Shown: one piece after another, positions 40,932-54,910 of the stretch
How the letters are laid out: the number at the start of each line of letters is the position of its first letter
Numbering within the stretch: position 1 is the stretch's first letter
Assembly: GCA_964016885.1 (NCBI GenBank)
Contig: OZ024765.1
Coordinates: 10,850,001 to 10,914,000, forward strand
Reading direction: 5' to 3'
Length of the DNA stretch: 64,000 nt
From: Eledone cirrhosa
Taxonomy: Eukaryota
Made by a program: the position numbers and the translations under genes
Notes under the pieces: generated by a model
The model's input: only the letters and a program-made list of their open reading frames with translations
Told to the model about the DNA's origin: nothing
The model's database searches: none

Positions 40932-40984
40932 TTATATATTAGGGTCTATTCCAGTGACTGTGTGCTGCTTGTCTGCAAATGTCT
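40932..40984 (-). CDS. Terminal coding exon of unnamed minus-strand gene: (E)TFADKQHTVTGIDPNI*
   Basis: Strong minus-strand acceptor (T-rich tract ending ttgcag). Phase 1 matches exon 43859-43923. TAA at 40932-40934. Confidence 0.55.
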
Positions 40985-42776
40985 CTGCAAAAAAGAAAAA
41001 ATATATATACCAAAAAAAAAAAAAAACAAGAAAGAAAAATCATTTCCTGAAACCATTATTATTATTATTATTATTATTATTTGCAGCATAGAGTTACGGC
41101 CCTTTACGTTCTGATAAAATAAAGTACCAGTAACTCGTATGTACTGGGAGTCGGTGTAGTCGACTTTCTCACCGCCTCTCCCCCACCCCCACAAATTAAT
41201 GGCTTTGTGCCTAAAATCAGAAACCAATATCGGGGTCGATAAAATAAAGTACCAGTAATGCACTGGGATAATTGCTGGCCTTGTGCCAAAAGTAGAAACA
41301 ATTATTATTATTATTATTATTATTTTTAGTGGATTGGCAAGTATCGGTAGAGGGTCGGACACCTTGCTTTGACGCATAGAGTCACGGCCCTTGCCATTCT
41401 GAGTTCAGATCCCGCCGAGGTTAACTTTGCCTTTCATCCTTATGGAGTCGATAAAATAAAGTACCAGTAATGCACTGGGTAATTGCTGGCCTTGTGCCTA
41501 AAGTAGAAACGATTATTATTATTATTATTATCATCATCATCATCATCATCATAGTCAGGGCAGTGGAAAATGGCTGTATAGTTAGAGCAATGGACACACA
41601 CAAAATAAATAAAAATAAAATGCTTTGCTGTAACTGAGTTTACAGCCCCTTTAATGTTCTGAGTTTCAAATCCCAATTGAGGTCCACTTTGCCTTTCTAA
41701 TCCTTTCCATAAAGGTCAGAGGAGTGTTGAAAAAATAAAGTACCGGTAATGTGCTGGGGTCGAGAAAATCGACCATCCCCTTTTCAGCCCTCATTCCCTC
41801 TGCAAAATTTCTGGCCTTGTGCTGCCTATGTTGTTAGTCCCAATAATTATTATTATCATCATTATTATTGTTGTTGTTGTTATTATTATTATTATTATAA
41901 AAAATAATATGAAGAAAAGTTTTGTCTATCCATGTTTCCGGTTCAAATCTCGCCGAGGTCGGGCTTTTTCCTTTTTTTTTTTCTCTTTTTTTTTGTGTGT
42001 GTTTTAAACCTTTCATCCTCCAGAGTTTGTATATGAAGAAGTCATACCAGCTATATACTTGGAATAATTTATCAACTGTATCCTTCCTCAAGATATTTGC
42101 CTTGTGCCAGTGTAAGACATCATCATTATTATTATTATTATTATTATTGTTATTTTTGTTGTTGTTGTTATTATTTTTATTGTCATTGCATTCTGAGTTC
42201 AAATCCTACCGAGGTCACTGTTGCCTTTCATCCCTCCAGGGTCGATAAAATAAAGTACTAGTTAAGTTACTGGGGTCAATTTCATCAACTTTCCCTCTCC
42301 CTTCAAGTTGTTAGCCTTGTACCAAATTTAGAAGCCATTATTATTATAGCCGAGGTTAACTTTGCCTTTCATCCTTACGGGGTCGATAACAAAGTACCAG
42401 TAATGTACTGGGTAATTGCTGGCCTTGTGCCAAAAGTAGAAACAATTATTTTATAGCCGAGGTAAACTTTGCCTTTCATCCTTACGGGGTCGATAACAAA
42501 GTACCAGTAATGTACTGGGTGATTGCTGGCCTTGTGCCAAAAGTAGAAACAATTATTTTATAGCCGAGGTAAACTTTGCCTTTCATCCTTACGGGGTCGA
42601 TAACAAAGTACCAGTAATGCACTGGGTAATAGCTGGCCTTGTGCCAAAAGTAGAAACAATTATTATTATAGCCGAGGTAAACTTTGCCTTTCATCCTTAC
42701 GGGGTCGATAAAATAAAGTACCAGTAATGTACTGGGTAATTGCTGGCCTTGTGCCAAAAGTAGAAACAATTATTAT

Positions 42777-43060
42777 TATAGCTGTCATCCTTCATACACA
42801 TCACATGACCATATCAACGTACTTGAGACAAGATTATGTTGGATGGTATGGTCATGTGATGTGTATGAAGGACGACAGCTGTATATAAAAGTGCAGGGCG
42901 ATCAAAATTGATGGCAGCTACGGAGTAGGTAGACCCAGAAAAACCTGGGACAAGGTGATAAAATTTGACCTTACACACTTACACCTCTCTAAGACAATGT
43001 CACTGGATCAAGATCTTTGGCGCTACGCAGTAATACAGAAGAGCTGTCTTCCTTTACATA
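42777..43060 (+). mobile_element. RTE LINE 3' fragment with short 5' inverted duplication
   Basis: WYGHVMCM...GRPRKTWDKVIKFDL...DLWRYAV. 42777-42813 is the reverse complement of 42847-42885. Confidence 0.75.
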
Positions 43061-43858
43061 TGAATGTAGACCTACAGTCAGTAGGCACCTCTTAACCCAA
43101 TATACATCCCACCCCACACGATAAAATATAGTACCAGTCATGCATTGGTGTCAATTTAATCAACTTTTCCTGTCCAACAAATTGCAGGCCTTGTGCTTGA
43201 AGTAGAAACAATTACAGTTTTGTCCTTCAGTAGTCGTATGCGTTACATTCTTAGAACAACCACGAATATTGGACATGATACATAAAGATTCCTATAAATG
43301 TAAAAACGTAACGTAAAATATAGGCTGGCAAATGCGGTATATTGTTATAAATAATTTAGCATGGGCGGTGGTTTGGCAGAATCGGTAGAGTGTCGGACGC
43401 CTTGCTTTGACGCGTAGAGTTACGGCCCTTGCCATTCTGAGTTCAAATCCCGCCGAGGTTAACTTTGCCTTCCATCCTTATGGAGTCGATAAAATAAAGT
43501 ACCAGTAATGCACTGGGGTAATTGCTGGCCTTGTGCCCAAAGTAGAAACAATTATTAATAATTTAACGTTAAAAAGAGTGAAAAAAATATATATTCCCAC
43601 GAAAAAAGCCACTAAAAAATTGCAGAAGATATTTATGATTCTGCGAATATGCGGTGGTTTCCACAAACAATTATTTGTTAGGTTCTAAGGAAAATTCCAT
43701 GAATAACCGGGACTTCGAATGTCGGAGGTACACTGTAATTTCATCATCATCATTATTGTTATTTTTGTTCTTGTTTTTTTGTTTTTATTTTCTGTTAACC
43801 ACTCGGTATATATTAAAGTCTATAAAGAAGAAAAAAATTCAGATTGGAAAAAACAAAC

Positions 43859-43923
43859 CTCTCGGTTGATTCCATTTAACTTGTCTGGAGGACATGATGG
43901 TGATAAAACATTGGGTATTCCAT
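43859..43923 (-). CDS. Exon of unnamed gene: (I)WNTQCFITIMSSRQVKWNQPR, phase 2->1
   Basis: ctatctaag acceptor and GAG|gtttgt donor. 65 nt, open frame, phases fit both neighbours. Confidence 0.6.
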
Positions 43924-45488
43924 CTTAGATAGGTATGTGGGTAGGAATGGATGTGTGTATATGTGTGGATGTACGTGTGAACAGATTTATGTATATGTAT
44001 GGATGTATGTGTGAACATATGTATGTGCAGATGTATGGATGTATGTATGTGTGTTAAACCACTGGGAGTGAAGGACCCCTAGCCTTTGTCAGGGCATTCT
44101 TCTAGGAGAAGGCAACCCAGGAAACTGGGATAACTCTGATATAAAACCTGCGGCTCAGTAGTTACCGATGATGTTGATCTTTTCTTCTTTTTGGGTTATA
44201 GTTACTGTCTCTCAGAGAGTGGGATTGGCTCAGTGCGCAGTCTTTCCTCGCTTTAAAAAAATATCTTCACGCACAGGCATTGCATGATAGAATTAATTAA
44301 TAATTATTAATAGTGGTATGTTGTGCAATGGCCATACTCGGTAACGAGGGGGCAGCCATCATGTATGTGTGTGGGTGCATGTATGTATATATGTGTGTAT
44401 GGATGAATATGTCTGTGTGTGTCTACAACCTATTTGTATATATGTGTGTAATGTATGTACCATATATATTCGACTATAAGCCAAGGAAACTGATTGTAGA
44501 AAGTGGGGTTGGCTTATATTTGAGGTCAATATTTGGGACAGCTTATATTCAAGTCAATATTTTAAGGATTTTTTTACCTATTTCTCAGACCTAAAATAGT
44601 AGAGTTGGCTTATATTTGAGGTCAATATTTTAAGGATTTCCACCAAATTCAAATTCTACATAAATATGGTTTGGATTTTTGTCCATTTCTCGGGCATAAA
44701 ATTGTGGGGGTCGACAAATTGGAATATAAACGGTATGTACGTATATGTTTTTGTGAGTATTTGTGTGTGTTTGGATTTCTGAATGAGAAAATGAAGCAAA
44801 AGAAAGCAGAAAGTACTCAATACATGTAGAGTTTACTTTATTTAAATTTCAGTCTCTGTGGAAAGATGGAAACAGGAAGACTGAGAGAAGAGCAATAGCA
44901 GGAAGTTTCAGCTTGAAATAAAGGATTGCACACACATAATAGTATATATGTACACACATACATGTGTACTTGCATACAAATACACTCACATATGCACTAA
45001 AGCATTACATGCATTTACTTGTATACACAATGTATTGCATTCTTGTACTTGCATACATACATACATACATACATACATGTACTTGCATACATACATACAT
45101 GTACTTGCATACATACATACAGACAGACTCACACACATGGACTAAAGGATTACACACATATGTACTTGCACACACATATATATATACATATACACACACG
45201 CATTTATATATTCAGTCACATGTATATCACACATATATACATATTTTTTGGTTTTAGGAATGAATGCAAGAGTACTCAATGTTTTATGGAGTGTATATAT
45301 ATATGTATATAGTTTTTGACTGAGTTATGCATCACCAATGGTTTTATAGACATATGTTTATAAATAAGACTTATTTACACAGTGTGAGATGTATTTACAT
45401 CTCTGAGATCACTGGTAATGTGTAAATAAGTCAAACTCTTAATATATTTATTCTATATCAAATGTTGATTGCTCTTTTCATTTATACC

Positions 45489-45545
<57 letters not shown>

Positions 45546-46223
45546 GAATTAGAATTTAGCTTCGAGCATAGTTGTATACAGATATGTATTGGAATTTCGT
45601 ATTTCTAAAGAAATACGGTATGTTTATAAATAAACATTTAGAAAGCCGTAGCTATGCAAAAACACTGGCAGCTATCGCCACCTGGTGGTTTCCAGTTGAA
45701 GGAAAGGGGAGAGTCATCCTAATGAGAACCAATTCAGTTCGAAATGCATCGACGATTGTCCCCCTTGCATAGAGTTATGGACCTTTACCTCCTGAATTCA
45801 AATGCTGATGAGGTTAACTTGGCCTTTCATCCTTATGCGTCGATAAAATAAAGTACCAGTAATACACTGGGATAATTGCTGGCCTTTTGACAAAAGTAGA
45901 AACAATTATTTAAATTATGTAAACATTTTTTGGGTGTTTACTTATAATTGAATTATGTCTGAAGATAATTTTATTTACGGGAAAGGCTCTACATTCTAAT
46001 GAATATTGCCTGTACAGGTAATCAAAGTGTGTATATATTTTTTAAGGACACCCTGTATGTATACGTGCTTATACACTTGGATATGTTGTACTTGTAGATA
46101 AGTCACACCTCCATTTTCACGCACAACATCGAGGTGCTACAAGTCCAGGACTTGTCACATGTTGGAGATTCACGTCATAGTTTCATGGGAAAAGGTGCAA
46201 CTTATATGCTTGTGTATCTGTTA

Positions 46224-46256
<33 letters not shown>

Positions 46257-46557
46257 TATATACATAGATATATACTTATATATATACACACATACATATA
46301 TAAATTCCACACACATATATAGATACATTCATACATATATTTATAAATATATACATGGAAACATACAAACATATATACACACACACACACATACATATAC
46401 CTATATACAAATACACAAATATATATATATACACATTATATATATATATATACATTATATATATATATACACATATATATATATATATACATTATATATA
46501 TACACATACATATATATATACATTATATATATATATATATACATTATATGTATATAC

Positions 46558-46589
<32 letters not shown>

Positions 46590-47064
46590 TCTATGTATAT
46601 ACCTATATATATATATATATATACATTATATATATATATATATATATATATACATTATATATATGTATATACATTATATATATCATGGTGATGCTCATCA
46701 TCTTGCATCTTCTTCTTTATGTTTGGAGTGGACAGGGTCTTCTCCAACATGACTTCCACTAGAGTCTCGTGCCACATCCTCACCCTACAAACACCCTCCT
46801 CCTCTCGCAGCATTCCTTCACCATCTTCTCAGTGGGGTTCCATGTCTCTCATACTCTACACCAGTTGTACCATGATGACTGTTGTTCTTGGACTGAGATT
46901 TAATCACCTGGATTACTTAATGAGAAAAGGTAGTAGTAGTTATGATGGAGGTGGTGGTGGTGGTGGTGGTGGTATATGTTGTGGAGTGGTTGAAATTTGC
47001 CTTTGAAATATTATTTCTTATAGCAACCCAATAAAGTAGGTAGATAGCTTTAGATATGATATCA

Positions 47065-47430
47065 CTCTGACTAAAGTCTTAGTTAAGATAGAACACGTCT
47101 CTAACTAAAGTCTTAGTTAAGATACACCACCACTGACTAAAGTCTTAGTTAAGATACACCACCACTGACTAAAGTCTTAGTTAAGATAGAACACGTCTCT
47201 AACTAAAGTCTTAGTTAAGATACACCACCACTGACTAAAGTCTTAGTTAAGATTCAACACCACTCTGACTAAAGTCTTAGTTAAGATACACCACCACTGA
47301 CTAAAGTCTTAGTTAGGATACAGCACTACTCTGACTAAAGTCTTAGTTAGGATACAACACCACTCTGACTAAAGTCTTAGTTAGGATACAACACTACTCT
47401 GACTAAAGTCTTAGTTAGGATACAACACCA
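47065..47430. repeat. 32-36-bp minisatellite
   Basis: ctgactaaagtcttagttaagatacaccacca repeated. Confidence 0.9.
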
Positions 47431-47564
47431 CTGTGAATAGTTATGATGCTACCACTCTACACCAGTTATGACACAATTGTACACAAATTATGACTGATAC
47501 AACTGTTATCAAGTTATACCGATAGCCTACTTATGATGGACACTCCAGATATGACACCACTGTG

Positions 47565-50500
47565 CACAAGTTATGACTGGCATTCTAGGTAATAAGACAT
47601 CACACTGGCTATGATACAGCATCCACTACACAAGTTATGACTGACATTCTAGGTAATAAGAGATCACAGTGGCTATGATACAGCATCCACTACACAAGTT
47701 ATGACTGACATTCTAGGTAATAAGAGATCACAGTGGCTATGATACAGCATCCACTACACAAGTTATGACTGACATTCTAGGTAATAAGAGATCACAGTGG
47801 CTATGATACAGCATCCACTACACAAGTTATGACTGACATTCTAGGTAATAAGAGATCACAGTGGCTATGATACAGCATCCACTACACAAGTTATGACTGA
47901 CATTCTAGGTAATAAGACATCACACTGGCTATGATGCTGCATCCACTACACAAGTTATGACTGACATTCTAGGTAATAAGACATCACACTGGCTATGATG
48001 CTGCATCCACTACACAAGTTATGACTGACATTCTAGGTAATAAGAGATCACAGTGGCTATGATACAGCATCCACTACACAAGTTATGACTGACATTCTAG
48101 GTAATAAGACATCACACTGGCTATGATACAGCATCCACTACACAAGTTATGACTGACATTCTAGGTAATAAGAGATCACAGTGGCTATGATACAGCATCC
48201 ACTACACAAGTTATGACTGACATTCTAGGTAATAAGACATCACAGTGGCTATGATGCTGCATCCACTACACAAGTTATGACTGACATTCTAGGTAATAAG
48301 AGATCACAGTGGCTATGATACAGCATCCACTACACAAGTTATGACTGACATTCTAGGTAATAAGACATCACACTGGCTATGATGCTGCATCCACTACACA
48401 AGTTATGACTGACATTCTAGGTAATAAGAGATCACAGTGGCTATGATACAGCATCCACTACACAAGTCATGACTGACATTCTAGGTAATAAGACATCGCA
48501 CTGGCTATGATTCAGCATCCACTACACAAGTTATGACTGACATTCTAGGTAATAAGAGATCACACTGGCTATGATGCAGCATCCACTACACAAGTTATGA
48601 CTGACATTCTAGGTAATAAGACATCACAGTGGCTATGATACAGCATCCACTACACAAGTTATGACTGACATTCAAGGTAATAAGACATCACAGTGGCTAT
48701 GATGCAGCATCCACTACACAAGTTATGACTGACATTCTAGGTAATAAGACATCACACTGGCTATGATGCAGCATCCACTATACAAGTTATGACTGACATT
48801 CTAGGTAATAAGACATCACAGTGGCTATGATACAGCATCCACTACACAAGTTATGACTGACATTCTAGGTAATAAGACATCACACTGGCTATGATGCAGC
48901 ATCCACTACACAAGTTATGACTGACATTCTAGGTAATAAGACATCACACTGGCTATGATGCAGCATCCACTACACAAGTTATGACTGACATTCTAGGTAA
49001 TAAGACATCACACTGGCTATGATGCAGCATCCACTACACAAGTTATGACTGACATTCTAGGTAATAAGACATCACACTGGCTATGATGCAGCATCCACTA
49101 CACAAGTTATGACTGACATTCTAGGTAATAAGACATCACAGTGGCTATGATACAGCATCCACTACACAAGTTATGACTGACATTCTAGGTAATAAGACAT
49201 CACACTGGCTATGATGCTGCATCCACTACACAAGTTATGACTGACATTCTAGGTAATAAGACATCACACTGGCTATGATGCTGCATCCACTACACAAGTT
49301 ATGACTGACATTCTAGGTAATAAGAGATCACAGTGGCTATGATACAGCATCCACTACACAAGTTATGACTGACATTCTAGGTAATAAGACATCACACTGG
49401 CTATGATACAGCATCCACTACACAAGTTATGACTGACATTCTAGGTAATAAGAGATCACAGTGGCTATGATACAGCATCCACTACACAAGTTATGACTGA
49501 CATTCTAGGTAATAAGACATCACAGTGGCTATGATGCTGCATCCACTACACAAGTTATGACTGACATTCTAGGTAATAAGAGATCACAGTGGCTATGATA
49601 CAGCATCCACTACACAAGTTATGACTGACATTCTAGGTAATAAGACATCACACTGGCTATGATGCTGCATCCACTACACAAGTTATGACTGACATTCTAG
49701 GTAATAAGAGATCACAGTGGCTATGATACAGCATCCACTACACAAGTCATGACTGACATTCTAGGTAATAAGACATCACACTGGCTATGATGCAGCATCC
49801 ACTACACAAGTTATGACTGACATTCTAGGTAATAAGAGATCACACTGGCTATGATGCAGCATCCACTACACAAGTTATGACTGACATTCAAGGTAATAAG
49901 ACATCACAGTGGCTATGATGCAGCATCCACTACACAAGTTATGACTGACATTCTAGGTAATAAGACATCACACTGGCTATGATGCAGCATCCACTACACA
50001 AGTTATGACTGACATTCTAGGTAATAAGACATCACAGTGGCTATGATACAGCATCCACTACACAAGTTATGACTGACATTCTAGGTAATAAGACATCACA
50101 CTGGCTATGATGCAGCATCCACTACACAAGTTATGACTGACATTCTAGGTAATAAGACATCACACTGGCTATGATGCAGCATCCACTACACAAGTTATGA
50201 CTGACATTCTAGGTAATAAGACATCACACTGGCTATGATGCAGCATCCACTACACAAGTTATGACTGACATTCTAGGTAATAAGACATCACACTGGCTAT
50301 GATGCAGCATCCACTACACAAGTTATGACTGACATTCTAGGTAATAAGACATCACACTGGCTATGATGCAGCATCCACTACACAAGTTATGACTGACATT
50401 CTAGGTAATAAGAGATCACAGTGGCTATGATGCTGCATCCACTACACAAGTTATGACTGACATTCTAGGTAATAAGACATCACACTGGCTATGATGCAGC

Positions 50501-51415
50501 ATCCACTACACAAGTTATGACTGACATTCTAGGTAATAAGACATCACACTGGCTATGATGCAGCATCCACTACACAAGTTATGACTGACATTCTAGGTAA
50601 TAAGAGATCACAGTGGCTATGATGCAGCATCCACTACACAAGTTATGACTGACATTCTAGGTAATAAGACATCACACTGGCTATGATGCAGCATCCACTA
50701 CACAAGTTATGACTGACATTCTAGGTAATAAGAGATCACAGTGGCTATGATGCAGCATCCACTACACAAGTTATGACTGACATTCTAGGTAATAAGACAT
50801 CACACTGGCTATGATGCAGCATCCACTACACAAGTTATGACTGACATTCTAGGTAATAAGACATCACACTGGCTATGATGCAGCATCCACTACACAAGTT
50901 ATGACTGACATTCTAGGTAATAAGACATCACACTGGCTATGATGCAGCATCCACTACACAAGTTATGACTGACATTCTAGGTAATAAGAGATCACAGTGG
51001 CTATGATGCTGCATCCACTACACAAGTTATGACTGACATTCTAGGTAATAAGACATCACACTGGCTATGATGCAGCATCCACTACACAAGTTATGACTGA
51101 CATTCTAGGTAATAAGAGATCACAGTGGCTATGATGCTGCATCCACTACACAAGTTATGACTGACATTCTAGGTAATAAGACATCACACTGGCTATGATG
51201 CAGCATCCACTACACAAGTTATGACTGACATTCTAGGTAATAAGAGATCACACTGGCTATGATACAGCATCCACTACACAAGTTATGACTGACATTCTAG
51301 GTAATAAGAGATCACAGTGGCTATGATGCTGCATCCACTACACAAGTTATGACTGACATTCTAGGTAATAAGACATCACACTGGCTATGATACAGCATCC
51401 ACTACACAAGTTATA
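47565..51415. repeat. 64-bp tandem repeat, about 60 copies, intronic
   Basis: acaagttatgactgacattctaggtaataaga[c/g]atcaca[c/g]tggctatgat[g/a]c[a/t]gcatccactac. Confidence 0.97.
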
Positions 51416-51599
51416 CCGATAGTCTAGTTCTAACAGATACTCCAGTTATGAGACAGCTGTACTCAAGTTATGACTGACATTCTAGCTAATGATAAGACAT
51501 CACAGTGGCTATGACACAGCACCCACATTGCCAGCACATCACGGTCAACTGTTAGAAGACCTGATGTTCTAGGTTCAAACCAGACTGCCAAGAACTTAC

Positions 51600-51735
51600 A
51601 TGAGAAATCCATGGTTTCTGGTACAATCTGGAAAACTTTGTGCTAGTGAGAAGCACTTTTGGTTAAAGCCAGAGAAAGCGAGTTCTTTTTCGGCTTTATA
51701 TACATGGGAGTGGGGCCAGGGGATCTGTTCGTTCA
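51600..51735 (-). CDS. Exon of unnamed gene: (V)NEQIPWPHSHVYKAEKELAFSGFNQKCFSLAQSFPDCTRNHGFL(I), phase 1->2
   Basis: cattgcag acceptor and consensus gtaagt donor. 136 nt open frame with globular-protein composition. Confidence 0.7.
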
Positions 51736-51824
51736 CTGCAATGATTGTTGTTGTTGTTGTTATTTTTGTTAGCTCTTAATGTCCTGTACATGAAACCACA
51801 TTAGACATTCTTAAAAACTACGAA

Positions 51825-52345
51825 ACAGTACTCTGACTGCATCACATTAAATATTAAAATCTTTACTCTAATACAGCACATTTTCATAAAAATACTATAA
51901 ACATTTAGTAAAAAACACTATGACTGCATCATATTAGATATTAAAATCTTTACTCTAATACTGCACATTTTCACAACAATCTCTCCACTCATAAATATAC
52001 TATAAACATTTAGTACAAAACAAAACAATGACTGCATCATATTAAATATTAAAGTCTTTACTCTAATACTGCACATTTTCACAACGATTTGTTCACCAGT
52101 AAAGATACCATAAACATTTGAATTAACAAACTATATGAAACCACATTAGCAAGACATTCTTGAAAAGTACAAAACAACATTATGACTACATCATATTAAA
52201 GTCTTTAGTAAAGATATTATAATAAGTATTTGAATTAACAAACTATATACAACCACTTGAATACATAACATTAAATTTTAAAGTCTTTAGTTGACTGCAA
52301 ACTTCCACAATAATCTGTTCACTAGTAAACATAATATAAACACTT
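51825..52345 (-). repeat. Diverged reverse-orientation copies of the 108-bp repeat family
   Basis: aatattaaagtctttactctaatactgcacattttcacaac is the reverse complement of the 19-kb unit. Confidence 0.85.
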
Positions 52346-53082
52346 GAATTAACAAAGCCATATTTTTAGGTATTTTCTGCAAAATCATGACAGGATGTTA
52401 AGAGATTCATGTTCATGGTGATAGGGTATAATGGGATGAGGTTTTGGTTGGTAGGGACAGATGCTTTCAAAGTTTTTTTATGGATGACTTCATTTTATTT
52501 TAAATTTATTTTCTCAATGATTTAGTCTGTAGTGAAGGTGAGGCAAGGTATGGCATATAGCTTCATGGTTAGAGTGTTGGTTTCACAATTTTAATGTGGG
52601 TTTGATTCCTGGACTGATGTGGTGGTGGTGGGGGATGTTAGGCACCACCATATGAAACTAGAAGAAGCTATAGTCTGATGAGCTTGTATGCTTAAAGATG
52701 GACTTTAAATAATAATTTGGTTGGGAGAGGAGAATTGGCAGAGTCATTTAGAATGTAGGATTCAATACCTAGGTATTTCTTTTGGCTCTATATATCCTAT
52801 GATCAAATCTCACTGAGGTGAACTTTCAAGGGTTGATAAATGAAGTACCAGTACAGAGAAGGATCTGTTTCAGCTCTGGGTATTTTGAGTCGTACTTCTT
52901 CTGGGAGTTTCAATGGGGAGATACTATCAACAATAGAAATATTGTTTCTTTAGTCTCATCTGACTCTAAGCTGCTTTCTCTCCTGACTAACCGAAAGATC
53001 TGAGTGACTACAACCTTCACGGGGTTCTTTCAGATTGATAAAATCAAAACAGTTGATGTTTCATTGTTTAAAAATATATATA

Positions 53083-53292
53083 CAGGGTGTTTCAAAAAAT
53101 TTGATATCAATAGCCTGTTCCCAAGGTTGTCACATTGAAATATATATTGTGAATTAATGTTATAACGTGGACATGTTTTGAGGAATAAATCTTGTTACTC
53201 AACATGGAGCCTCCTTAGTCTCGTTGTCCTAGACCCTGTAGTTTCTGGGATATTTACATCTCAAATGATGTTAAATTTTTTGAAACACCCTG
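53083..53292. mobile_element. Tc1/mariner-like MITE
   Basis: TIRs CAGGGTGTTTCAAAAAA / TTTTTTGAAACACCCTG with TA on the left. Deleted sibling at 53463-53607 and a half TIR near 46050. Confidence 0.75.
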
Positions 53293-53427
53293 TGTGCATA
53301 TGTATATAAATATATATATATACAGTTCCCTGTATGTGAATCAAGGTCCTCTGACATGATCTCTCAGAAACGGACTGCCCGTCCTACCCTTGTTGGCATG
53401 GAAAACGGGCGTTAAATAATTATGATG

Positions 53428-53458
<31 letters not shown>

Positions 53459-53722
53459 GATACAGGGTGTAAATATCCAAGAAACTACCTCTTTATATTG
53501 AAGAATAAATCTTATGCTGCTCAACGTTAAGCCTGCTCTCGTCCTAGACTTTGTAGTTTTGGGGATATTTACATCTCAAATGATATCAATTTTTTTGAAA
53601 CACTTTGTATATCCAAAAGTATACAAAAAGATTAAATTTAAAAAAATGAGAACTCGGGATTAATTTTGGAAATTTTGGAAGTTTCATCTCTGAACCACAA
53701 CCAATTCCTCTCCTCCTCTCAC

Positions 53723-53847
53723 CCACTTCACAGAATTCTACAATTATGCTTTGGTCGAACTGTGACCCATATATTTCTTTGATCAGTGAGTTGCAATGGC
53801 GTTGTCCTCTCTCTATTGATGTCCAGCGACGCTGTTGACCACTGAAT
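53723..53847 (-). CDS. Exon of unnamed gene: FSGQQRRWTSIERGQRHCNSLIKEIYGSQFDQSIIVEFCEV, phase 2->1
   Basis: GTGG|gtgaga donor. Only one open frame, and it joins 51735 in phase. Acceptor is ambiguous (53841, 53847 or 53868). Confidence 0.6.
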
Positions 53848-54236
53848 CTAATTCACTGTCCTGTCCAGCTGTGGTCTTAGACATTTGCTGGTGTTTTATT
53901 GTCATTACAGATGTCAGAATGTTTGGTCAAGCTGTTTGTTAAATATTATCCCGCCTAAGTTAACTTTGCCTTTCATCCTTATGGGGTCAATAAAATAAAG
54001 TACCAGTAATGTACTGGGTAATTGCTGGCCTTGTGCCTAAAGTAGAAACAATTATAAAGTAACGAAGAGACAAAACATTTCAATGTAAAATAACAAATAT
54101 TTCATTGGGTGTTATCATTAGACACTATATATATACGTGTATATATATATACGTATATGTATATATATGTGTATGTATGTATATATACCCCGTCTAACCC
54201 ATGCTAGCGTGGAAGAACGGACGTAAAACAGTGATG

Positions 54237-54239
<3 letters not shown>

Positions 54240-54271
<32 letters not shown>

Positions 54272-54910
54272 TATATATGTGTGTATATATATATATATGT
54301 ATATATATAAGTATATATATATATATATGTATATATATAAGTATATATATATATATATGTATATATATAAGTATATATATATATATGTATGTATACATAT
54401 ATGTGTATATATATATATGTATATATATAAGTATATATATATATATATGTATACATATATGTGTATATATATATATGTATATATATAAGTATATATATAT
54501 ATATATGTATACATATATGTGTATATATATATATGTATATATATAAGTATATATATATGTATATATATAAGTATATATGTATATATATAAGTATATATAT
54601 ATATATATGTATATATATAAGTATATATATATATATATGTATATATATAAGTATATATATATATATATATGTATATATATAAGTATATATATATATATAT
54701 ATGTATATATATAAGTATATATATATATATATGTATATATATAAGTATATATATATATATATATGTATATATATAAGTATATATATATATATATATGTAT
54801 ATATATAAGTATATATATATATATATGTATACATATATATGTATATATATATATGTATATATATGTGTATGTATGTATGTATATATATGTATATAATGTA
54901 TGTATATATG
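54240..54910. repeat. Compound (TA)n microsatellite (gtatatatataagtatata...)
   Basis: Direct inspection. Confidence 0.95.

Larger units (their letters stand above)
39270..43558 (+). mobile_element. Dense cluster of SINE-A copies (more than 15 copies/fragments), interspersed with exons
   Basis: Repeated consensus. Includes a 45-bp head tandem (40472-40650) and an about 108-bp tail tandem (42344-42780). Confidence 0.85.

Noticed and set aside
47065-51415. CRISPR-like regular repeats
   Set aside because: No unique spacers, no cas genes, eukaryotic context. These are plain tandem repeats.
52991-53025. 35-nt AG/GT-bounded segment on the - strand
   Set aside because: The frame compatible with the downstream exon contains a stop, and the length would shift frame.
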